A stretch of DNA of 64,000 bases, taken from Epiperipatus broadwayi (lineage: Eukaryota > Animalia > Onychophora). The stretch spans positions 18,166,001 to 18,230,000 of the forward strand of contig JAQFVV010000005.1 in the NCBI GenBank assembly GCA_028023455.1, in the 5' to 3' direction. Shown piece by piece: positions 53,300 to 64,000 of this stretch; within the stretch, counting starts at the first letter, position 1; the number at the start of each line of letters is the position of its first letter. Position numbers and translations under genes: made by a program. Under the pieces are notes generated by a model that was not told the origin of the DNA, made no database searches, and worked only from the letters and a program-made list of their open reading frames with translations.

Positions 53300-55630
53300 T
53301 TAAATTTCTAGATAACACCCATCCAAGCTAAAAGTTACTAAGGATTTTTCTTTCATCACTGGATGATAATGATTTTTGTCTTTTTTAAACATTAATACAT
53401 AACTGAAGCTTTTATGTTATATGCAAAGCATTAAATAGATTCTGTAGATGGTCTTTTGAACTGACAAAAATAGCTCAAATATCAGTATATTGTAAATCCA
53501 GAATCCATGATGAAGTTCTTATATTCTCTTTTAGTCAGTTCAAATGAAAAATTCCACCATCAAATCTGTATCATATCTTGATCGCTATTTTATTAAAACA
53601 TCATAAAAACTGAAAACAATTTTGGAGCAGGTACATATACATGTTTAACACCAATTTTCATTTCAAATGCCTGATTTTCCACCTGTAGTAATATTTTCTC
53701 TCTTCCATCATGTAAAATCTGTACAACTTTAGTGAACAACCAACTAATTTCAAACAATATTACAAACCTGCTTGATTAATTGAGTCAAATGCCTTGACCA
53801 AATCAAGAAGAATAAAATATAAAATCATTATTTTATTCCCAACTCTCTTTTTGACTAACTAGCAACAAATCTCTATATGCAGTGCTTTTTGATTCTATAA
53901 GGTCATATCCAGTTTCCGGTAACCATTAGACTATGACTGAAAATATCATATTCAACAAATCCTCATAAAAAACTTTAATGTAGTGGAAAGTAATGATATT
54001 CTATGATAATTATTACAATCTTGTCTATTACTTTCATTTTTAAAAACTGGAGCAATAGAGATATCCTTAGGTCATGCAACAATATTTTAAAACATTCTCC
54101 AGGTATTTCATTAGGATCTACAACATTTCTATTTTTAAGATTACAGAAAGCTCTTTTGACTTCACTAAGGTGGATATCTATCCAAACCTAAATGAGTACA
54201 TAAAAATTAAATGCCATCATCTCATTTCTTGTATCATTACTCAAAAGTTGAAAAAATATGCCTTCCACCTGTTCAAAATATCATTATCATATATGAGAGA
54301 ACCTTTGCTGGATTTAATTGGATTGTGATACCAATTATCAGATCTATATGTTGCTTTCAATCCATCAAAAAAAGTTCTAGAGTAATCGCAAACACTGAAT
54401 GTCTGTATCTTCTTTGCAGTTTTAATTTGCTAATCATTTTTAAGCTTTCTTGTCAGTCAAGAATTACTGCTTTTAAATTTCTATTAAATTTATTAATGCA
54501 ACTAATATTTTATTATTATCTGTCCAACAGAACGAGCTTATAACTGCTTCCATAATATGACTTCTTTTATATTCTAACTCCTAACTATAATATAATCTAT
54601 TAAATGCCAAGGTTTTAAATATGAATGCATTCATGTTTATTTACATTGATTTTTTCCTGTCTAAAGAAAATATTTGTGACAGTCATTCTGTATTTGTGCA
54701 AAATTCAATAATAGCAGACCATTTGAATTTATAATAGGAATATCATTAGTTCACACAGCTAAAGTCTTAAAAAAAAAAAAGAATTTTTAATGGTAGCAAA
54801 TAGTAACACTAATGAACAAAGAATAAAAACTTTCTTCCACTGAATTCTCTGAATCTAATATTGGAACTTTGCACCAATAAAAAGACCTGATATCATTGTG
54901 CAAACCCAAGTTTTCACTCATTAATCTTTCATTTACGTAATCAAAAATTTCAAAAATAGAAAATACATTGTGTAGGCTTAAACCTGCATTTATATTTGTA
55001 ATATATGCGGGATTCGAACTCAGACTTTCACACCATCCACCCCTCTCAGTGCCATCTCATATTGCTGACCCACCTGATCACACACATGTTGAAAAGATAA
55101 ATAATCACCAATATACGTATTTCATGCTAAACCAGCAATCATCAGTTGGTCTAGATTAATATCCTCACACACATATACAATCAGTGCTCAGCTTTATATT
55201 AAGATAGCTTTATATTAAGTATGAGGATTGGCTATCTTAATATAAAGCTGAGCACTGATTGTATATATGTGTGAGGATATTAATCTAGACCAACTGATGA
55301 TTGCTGGTTTAGCATGAAATACGTATATTGGTGATTATTTATCTTTTCAGCATGTGTGTGATCAGGTGGGTCAGCAATATGAGATGGCACTGAGAGTGGT
55401 GGGTCGTGTGAAAGTCTGAGTTAAAATACAAGATACTAAATTAGTCTTTAATCAATACCATGTATTCTTCTTTTGACTTTTCCCCCAAAATTGTAAACAA
55501 TCTATCTGATCTTTTAAATTTCCTTCCTCTAGAAGACCAAGTTTCATTAAGAGCAAATATATCGATTTTAAATCTGGATAAGACATTTCTGTGTGTATCT
55601 GTATATGCATGTAGATCAAGTTGATAATTG
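53300..55630 (-). mobile_element. Decayed non-LTR retrotransposon (clade uncertain) interrupted by an F2 fold-back
   Basis: Minus-strand remnants KIDIFALNETW (endonuclease, about 55530-55570), NYHRISLLST (about 53980-54010) and LDLVKAFD (about 53790-53812) lie in the expected order. Confidence 0.65.
54985..55425. mobile_element. Family F2 young fold-back, arms about 220 bp, with two hammerheads (55107-55150 minus; 55289-55332 plus)
   Basis: Near-perfect reverse-complement arms; the plus core reads accaa CTGATGA ttgctggtttagcat GAAA tacgtata ttggt, with perfect ACCAA/TTGGT stem I. Confidence 0.9.
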
Positions 55631-57277
55631 TCTGGTTAACTGAAAAGTCACGTGAATTAGTGCACTCTAATGGCAGATTAGTTTTTACAGTTTCATTTAA
55701 TTAGACTAAATCAAGTTTTTTTTTTTTTTTTAATTTACATTAACTTGCTCCGGAATCTTTATCTCTGATTGCGCCACTCTACACTAAAGAGCTTTCTAGC
55801 TTACAAAACATCTCCTACTAACACGAAAACACTTTATCAATTGTAATTTAAACAAATATACTAGTTTAAATCATGACTCTTCAGTGTATATATATATACT
55901 TGTATGTAAATATAGGTCATGTGGTCATGTATGCATCTAATTATGTAGTCGGTTGATCAAAAAGTCATAATGACTTGCAGCACCCCTAGTGGCAGATTAT
56001 ACAATAGTTTCATTTGATTAGATTGAATGTTTTTTTAAAATTTACATTAATTGATTCTGGAATTAACCAACAAAGTTTTCATTTAACTCTTACCAATACA
56101 TAAATATTTATTTCTTTATTGGGTTGCTCAGAAAGTTAGGTAATATTTGAGTACCAAAATGGTGAGCTAGGCACAACAGTTTCCTTCAATAAACAAAGTG
56201 ATTTTTTTTTTGCTTGTTTATTTTCCATAATAAACAATAGATTCAGAAACTTTTAACTCTTCAGTCTATCTCATCAAATACTAAGCTGAACTGTTTAAGG
56301 TAATGTTAATAATCTTCTGGAAACGGGCTTCATCAATGAAGAAAAAATATCATCATCAAACCCTTTTTACCTATTTCATTGTCAATGTTAGTAATCAGCA
56401 GATTTTTGATTTCAAAAAGTATAATGGCTGAAGAATCCGTAATCAAACAATAAGTGTTTTCCCACCAGTAAATATTATCATGCACATGTTATTTAAGAGT
56501 CATTCATTTCACACAACATTAACAAGCTATGAATGGTTGAATATATCAACATTAAAAGTTTCTATGTAAACTCTGGAATTCTTGAATAAATATTGACCCT
56601 CCCTCCACATTTCTCAGATTATTTTTCCATAACTTTGTAGTAATGTTGAAGTCAAATCCAATACTTAAAACAATTAATGATTTTTGGATAAGTGATTATT
56701 TAAATAACAAGATTAATCTAGTATGTAGCGATATGTCACAACCCAAGATCTATCCTAATTAGATAACCCATCTAATCTGATCAGATAAACTTGTCCTATG
56801 CACTCTAGCAACATAGTGCAAGCTGGCAGAATGTAGTAGCTCTTAGATCTAAATGATGAAAATAAAAGAAAGTTCTGAACAAATTGCCTTATAAATATAT
56901 AGATGTAAATTTTATTAAATATCTCTTTTAAATAAATCCTACACCTAAACAGAAACTATGTAAGCTCTCAACATCTGAAATGTTTTTTTTTAATCCATCA
57001 TCAATTTCAATCCAAGCAAAGAGTTTTCAAAAAGTTCAGCATTCAAATTAAAAACAATAATATAACAATAATATTTGCTTCTCAGTACTTAAAATTCTAT
57101 TAAAATCAAAGCTTAAAAATTATAATCATACACCAATATTTCTAGGACGACTTTCAAACTATTTCTTCTTAATTTTAGGTCATAAAAATATTTGCTTAAA
57201 CATTATTAGCTAATTTTGAAGCAGATATTAATGTCACTATTAATAATTTAAAAATGAAAAAACAATTAATATATAAG

Positions 57278-57843
57278 ACTGTGTCTGAAGGATTTTTGAA
57301 ATATATTATTAAGACCTCGAATCAAATCGCACCTCACTTCCTTCAACAATGTTCTGTGATTTATTGCCCTATGAATGGCATGTATGAGGTTACACTTGGT
57401 CTCATTTCATTCACAAGCTGACAGTAGAACAGGGTGGAATATGTGACTCAGGGAATAATTAATAAAACACACATGCACACATATGGCTTACTGAGATAAT
57501 GCATATATTAATAATTAATACTAAAATTAAATAGGTTTGAATGAAATTTGGAATGGATTGTGAATAACACACTAAACATTAAAATCAAAATGCTTTAGAT
57601 TCTCCTATATAATTAAAAAAAGAAGATTAAAGATCTTGGGTTAAGATTTGTAAAGGTCCCTACTCATTTTTCAGGTGCATGGTCTTAAGGTTATAGCCTT
57701 AATATATATTACTTTATAAAATAAAAAAATAGTTTCATACTCATATTATATCACTTGCATAATTACACAATCTAGGATGAAGATTTTTGAAGCATATAAA
57801 AGATCAGAATATGTTGAAGAAGCTTTGATGTTCTTAGCCAAAA
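57278..57843 (+). CDS. Candidate host exons 57278-57381 and 57776-57843
   Basis: Phase-compatible join gives TVSEGFLKYIIKTSNQIAPHFLQQCSVIYCPMNG-MMKIFEAYKRSEYVEEALMFLAK; donors GTATGA and GTAAGA; first acceptor weak; product unknown. Confidence 0.35.
57645..57710 (-). repeat. Family F1 fragment
   Basis: aggtccctac...aaggttatagccttaatatatattac is the reverse complement of the F1 start. Confidence 0.65.
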
Positions 57844-58419
57844 GTAAGAAGGAACTTACTATTATCACAGAAATATATAAAATCTGATATCAACTCTATA
57901 TAGCTATGGTAGTGAGTTAGCTTAGGTTTAAAATTTGAGAATCCTTTCAGATTTCAGGATATTAATTTGAACATTAACAAAAATGCAAAAATGGCTGCAC
58001 CAGTTGTAGATTTAAATCTTAGACATCATTGATGAAAGCAAAAGTTCTAGTTGATCTAGAGTTGGCGATTTAATAACACTATATCATCTAACATCCATCA
58101 ATTAGCTAAGCTTACCATAGGTAGTTTTAGAGTGAATGTAACAGTGAAATGGGCAAAGGGGCAGACATTTTGATACTCGTGGGGCAATAAATGCAAACAA
58201 ACAAACAAACAAAAAGTAGCTGTGAAATAAAGGACAAGTTAAGAAATTCGAAACCCATTTTTTGTTGCTGTTTTTTTATCCTTTTTTTTGCTAGTTTTTC
58301 TTTTACAAAATGTAGTGAAAAGAATTCTGTGAATTATTATAAATTATTTTTCAGCTATAAATTTTCTATGTACAGGGAAATAACAATTTTGAACATAAAA
58401 AAAAAAAAGAGAAAAGATC

Positions 58420-58620
58420 CTACCGTGTGACCCATCCCCGACTCGATCTTTTCCCAATAAACTACCTCATTACTCATCATTATGGCAGCCCCGCAAGCCT
58501 ATGAATGATGCCGGGACGAGCGCGCACTATGCGGACGTCCATTGGACAAAGATCAGTATGCCACAAGTAGGGACCCCCACAGTCAACCGGTACTCTAGCT
58601 GGATTATAGAATTAAGTCAC
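58420..58620. promoter_or_regulatory. GC/CpG-rich patch, candidate first exon or promoter
   Basis: Most GC-rich non-repetitive stretch in the window; minus-strand donor-like ACG|GTAGGA at about 58423; strand unresolved. Confidence 0.4.
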
Positions 58621-59229
58621 TATAACCAACCGAAGTATAAAGGATTAATAAATATATTTATCTATGGTTTTCATTAGTATAATTTCAATTGCTATAATAA
58701 ACAAATATATTTTAAATTACGTAGCAACTAAATTATTTATATATTTAAATAATAAACTCATAAAAAATCTTTTTTTTCTTTTTCGTCATTTATTTTAATC
58801 TCGGAAAGACATTCTTAATTTTATAATAGCGCCCTCTTTGGCTAAAGAATTATAGTTAAATTTTAACTGCACATTTTGTAGAATTTGTGTTTAACTTTAT
58901 TTAATTTCCAAAATATGATGTAGAATAAGAAGAACGCAAAATTAAAATTGAGTTCTAAGAATAGTCATGTCAGACATTATAATAAAATAAGTAATGAAAA
59001 TATCTAGCGAAATTATCTACACACGCATACGTATGGATAATAAAAATTGCATAATTTGAAAAAAAACTGTAATTTTAAACTGAACATCAGCAGAATTTAT
59101 AAAGTGAGAAGATGAAAACCAATGAACTTCTCAAGAGACTATGAGTAAGGAAAAGAAGTCATTTAATGATATAGATTGGTTCTTTGCTCTTGCAGCCACT
59201 TACACACAATATATATATATAACGTAATA

Positions 59230-59690
59230 AATACACAGAAGGATGGGCAGAGTTCAGGCTGAATCTAATAAATCAATACTAGTATATTGCATATAGTATA
59301 ATGTAGAGTGACTTAAATTCAACATGGCATCAATAACGATTTGAGCATTTCATCTCAGATTTTCAATGGTATGAATGACTGAGGAGTTGGAGGGTGGAGA
59401 AGATTGAAATCTATCCATTAAGGTTTGAAGATTTGCTATCTTAATATAAGTTGAGCACTGATTATATATATGTGTGGAATGTGATGATCTGGACCAACTG
59501 ATGAGGGCTGGTTCAGCATGAAATACATAAATTTGAGATCATTTATTTTTTTTACAGGTGTGTGATCATGTGTATTGGTTGTATGAGATAGAGTATATAG
59601 CTTTAAAGTCTGAGTTCAAATCCCCCTTAATTACATCTTAAAGTTCAGTAATTACAATATACTAGTATTGATTTATTACAATATTGTAAT
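59230..59690 (+). mobile_element. Old family F2 copy with degenerate hammerhead (59493-59535)
   Basis: accaa CTGATGA gggctggttcagcat GAAA tacata; flanking inverted segment taataaatcaatactagtatattg / caatatactagtattgatttatta. Confidence 0.75.
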
Positions 59691-60001
59691 TGTAATTTTT
59701 ATGCAAATAAACATACATGATTCAGCATTATTCATTTGATAACTGTTTGACTCCATTTTAAAATAGGTGGTCATGGGTGAACATCAATGATAAATTACAT
59801 TTAGTGGCCATAAAATTTTGGATCCAGTTTGAATTAGATTGGCATTATTCAAGACAAACCTTAATTTTTAGGAGTTGAATATGAAAATAATTCATAATAA
59901 ATAAATTAATGGATATATTACATTATTTCACTACAAGTACAGATTTTATTGCAGCACAATGTTTCAAAAAGGAAGAGCTTAGTGCCCTGAAGAAAAGATA
60001 C

Positions 60002-62545
60002 TGTTATGGTTCAAATTAGCTTCAATAATGGACTCATTCAGATTACAATCTCATTTTGATAAGATTAGATATTCATTGCAACAGACAAATAAATATATGT
60101 ACAGATAAAATACAACCAATGACAGAAACAGGCCAGTAGGTGAAGATTCTCAGTGAATCACATTAAATACCTGTCTATAAATAGGTAATTAATTCAGAAA
60201 TAGGGGCATAAAACAATGGATATTATGCTGGTTACCCCATATTTAACTGCAGAAGCAGTAAGGCATGTTCAAAACCAAACCCGAAGCTTTTAGATAGAAA
60301 TCTGAGAAAAGGCAAGCTGCCATGGCACATCTGGAAATATCACCATATCTTGACATGAGGCAAACTGTCACAGTATAGTTAGAAGGGTTAGGCATACCTA
60401 GAAAGTCATCTGAAGTCACATACTTCAATAGATATATAGCAACTAGAGTTTTAACCTAGAAAATGCTATCAAGTGAATGACATATGTGTATTGACAACTA
60501 ATCCCCCCCTCCCAAAATTTAATATGGCAAAAATTGGTTCAATGGAGGAACTCAGTCCAGGCTATGTGGAAAATTATCCAACCTATATGGCTCAAGTGCT
60601 TCTTTATCTGAAAGCTAATTAAATTTAAAAATGCGAATTAAAGTTGAACAAAATTCATAAAGATTTATAGTATGTAGACATATATATTCACAGTCAACTC
60701 TATTGCTTCCAGAAGATCTTGTCAGATAAATTGAGTCAAATGTCTGCAGAGATTGCAAACAATGTAAACTCAAAATATCAATTAATATGACAGATTTGAA
60801 GTTAAATGCACTGATTAACAATAAATCAGTTGCTGAATGATCCAGTGGTGATCCTATATTCCAAAAGTTAACTAAAATCAATCCATAAGGGTTGGCCAAT
60901 CTAATAATCATGACAACCTGCACTTGGTTTGTTAACCTTGAATGCTAGAAGAGTCAATTGAGAATAGTTATATTGTCTGAGATTCAAAAGTTGTGATTCT
61001 TCAAGCTAGTTAATCCCAAGAGCTCAAGACTGTTTATAATGGGCACTCAGGGATTATAAAAGTGAAAATTTTATCTAGATCCTATGTCTGGTGACCTACT
61101 TTGGACTCTGACATAGAATTCAAGCTCCAACATTTCTAGCACTCTAAAATATAGCAAAACATGCCAGGTAAAAATAAAGCAGGTCAGAAGTTTGTACCTA
61201 AGAGATATTGGATCAGAATTCATGTTTGATCATGTTGTCTTATGGAGAGCAACTGTTGATAAATAATTATTTATGCATATTGCTGTTTAGAAGTGATGGA
61301 AGCACCATAAATCCATGCTACAACAACTATTGAAAATCTTAGGAAGCTACTCATAACTCATGGCCTTCCTAAAACTATAGTGACATACAATACCAGAATC
61401 TTTTCATTAAGCATTTTCAGATAATTTTATGCCAACAGTACCATTGTAATAATGTTCTGTCCACCATTCTACTCTGAAATCATCAGGCTAAGAAACTGAT
61501 TCAAGAGTCTAAAAGAATGCTTAAGAAGCCTAACATAGATAGATGTAATACCAATATTCCAAGAATGTTATTAATGCAGCATTCCACACAAAATACAGTT
61601 ATGAGCAAAATTCCAGGTAAACTATTACTTAAAAGGGCTTGACTGTTTAGACCTAATTGATCTAATGACAAATATGAAACTAAAAGTACTGAAACACTGA
61701 TAAGTCCCCAAGTCTTGTGACATATGCATATTGGAATCACCAAATCACTTGTGTAGTTGTAATTAAGACAAAAGTATTGCAGACAACTGTTGTTAAAACT
61801 GTAGATGGAGATTAATAGCTTAGGCAAAGAGATCAGCTAAGACTGAATTATAGATCACCAACAAGTAATGAAGATACTAAATCTATTGGTGAAGACACCA
61901 CAATTATAGTTGAAGACACCAGATTTAAAAATGAAGAAACTTCAGATAAAGGCACTAAACCTACTGATAATTAAACCAGGTTCAAAAAAGCCAAAAAAAA
62001 AATATGGATGTCTACCAATATATATAAGTGAATACACCTTCCAGGGTTAATTTTAGCCAGGAGGAGAAAATATTATGGCTGAAATTATCTTCAAGTAATG
62101 AACATGTCCAGAAGAATCTTATCTTGATTGGATTGAGCATTCATCACTATATGCCAATGAATATATGTATATATAAAATATAACCATTGTCAGAAACAAG
62201 TCAATAGATAAGGACTCAGTGAATCAGAAATTGACAGTCAATTGGATGTTAGGGTCATGTAACAGTGAATATAACACTATTCACACCCATATTTTTTTGC
62301 AGAAGCAATTCAAAAGTCGAAACAGAAGTGTCTAGATACTAAAGCTGGTGTGAGATAAGTTGCCACAGTATATCTGGAAGTGTCAGCATACCTGGACAAA
62401 AGACAAGCTGCCACAATACTGCTGGAAATGTTAGTTACACCTAGAATGTCACATGAAGACTTTCATTTCATTAAGTGTATGGTAATTGGACATTATACCT
62501 AAGAAACAATATCAAATAAATAGTATATCTGATATTTATGTAAAT
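60002..62545 (+). mobile_element. Old internally deleted Ty3/Gypsy element with both LTRs (about 60002-60495 and 62071-62545)
   Basis: Diverged direct repeats start tgttatgg and tattatgg; purine tract aggaggagaaaa precedes the second. Gag N-terminus IGSMEELSPG...YLKAN (about 60535-60620); integrase NGHSGIIKVKILSRSYVW*P (about 61035-61095). Confidence 0.75.
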
Positions 62546-63514
62546 AAGTATTATATATAAGTAAACCTTTAACTCTATTTATGCAGATTTGTATTTATTA
62601 TGATCACATATAACCTCAACAGATACACTTAAATTTACTGAGTTGTCTTTACTAGAATTTAATTTTCTTGTTTTCTTCATAAAACATATCATTATTGTGA
62701 ATATAAGACAAAAATTTAAGAAGTTGGCCTTTGTTTAAGCATATTCAACGCTCTGGTGAGAAAGCTTAACAATTATGTTATTATTATGGATTCTCGAAGG
62801 AAAACTCAGATATTGGAAAAATCAACATATATAATATATCAAGAGTATGCAAAATAGACAAAAATATGAAGTAGAATAATGCATATGTTATAACTTTTTA
62901 TGATTTTAAAATTAAAAAATTCCCTAGATTATAGAATAAATTAATTTGGATATTTAAATAAATTAATTTTCGTAATATTCTAGAAAAAAACACTGCGGAC
63001 TACAAACTGGAGAGAATATTTGGAACTTTCTAAATCTATAGATATTTTTTATGTGATATAGGCATTGTAAATGCCTTTATTTTTATTGAGTGTAATATAT
63101 ATTTTATTATGCTTTTTATAACACATTTCAAAATTGATCATTTTGTATTGGAGAAGTGTTTCAAGTCACAAAGCTTAGAAATTAAGCTAATTTTTGTTTG
63201 TAATAATTATTTAATTTACACCTAGGTAATGTCTAATGCTAGATATTGTAAATTATTTTTTTAAATTGATTATTTATGTTATTTAACTAGGATTACTAAT
63301 ATTTGATTAAAGCATTAAAAAAAGTCAAATGATTTATTGATATATATTATATACATTCCAATTGAACACCTCACAATGCAATCCATGAGACAAAACCCAT
63401 TCCTTCTTGCTTACTGCCCCCCCCCCCCAGAAGTTATCATCGTAACCACAAATCAAATATATTTATAACCATATAATTAATGCTTATCTAGATAATACAT
63501 ATATATCATCATTA

Positions 63515-63710
63515 TCATCATCCAACTATTATCAGTTCATTGCAGGATAAAGGTCTTTCCAAGTTCAGTCCATTTTATCCAATCTCTAACCTCTTTTCTC
63601 CACATCACTCCTGCACATTTTTTTATTTCATGCATCCACCTTATATGTGGCCTCTTTCTGGGTCTTTATAATCTCTTGGAATCCAGTTTAAGATTTCCAT
63701 TGTTCATTTT
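63515..63710 (-). mobile_element. Short RTE 3'-end fragment
   Basis: Matches 47775-47975. Confidence 0.85.
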
Positions 63711-64000
63711 TATGTGACGTGATGTGATGCACTGTGACTTTTCCTTAAATGGAGTCAAAAATCTCTCAGCAACTATGCCCAGAGAAACCTGTTAGCCACT
63801 TTACCTTCCCTTTCCATTTCCCACCCTAAGTTTTCCCATAATCTGCTCCATCCCATTTCCACAACATAATCTTTGGCAACTCTATGGCCTTTATATCTAA
63901 ACCACCCTTATCTTTTCCTAAACCCAGCATAAAAACCAATATCCCACTTTCTGTATAATCACTTTGTTCATATTTATTCTTCCTTAACCTCATTATTTGT

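Noticed and set aside
55940-56620. Possible mariner/Tc1 remnant
   Set aside because: Only a faint resemblance to the YSPDLAP region on the minus strand; no TIR pair found.
1-64000. CRISPR array, rRNA or prokaryotic system
   Set aside because: No repeat-spacer array, rRNA or operon-like gene density; the content is eukaryotic.

Overview
Very AT-rich, repeat-dominated metazoan DNA, probably from an arthropod (inferred from the transposon inventory and composition). No intact protein-coding gene can be read directly, and most ORFs in the supplied track are low-complexity or antisense artefacts. Recognisable content: a near full-length but frameshifted RTE-clade LINE (about 47.8-50.9 kb, minus) plus truncated or old copies; two decayed Ty3/Gypsy elements; a decayed KIAA1586-like hAT transposon with TIRs; a decayed LINE fragment of another family; and a tRNA-Gly-derived short repeat. 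Two structures stand out. (1) At least five families of short fold-back (inverted) insertions, of which two clearly and one possibly carry minimal type I hammerhead ribozyme motifs with palindromic stem III, the hallmark of Penelope-like elements and their non-autonomous derivatives; no Penelope ORF was seen. (2) A young 5.6-kb structure (27766-33330) made of inverted copies of a 2.08-kb LTR-like unit, with a tRNA-Lys primer-binding site and CpG-decay differences between copies. CpG-enriched patches and phase-compatible small exons suggest host genes with transposon-filled introns, but their products could not be identified. Boundaries of decayed elements are approximate and all alignments were done by eye.
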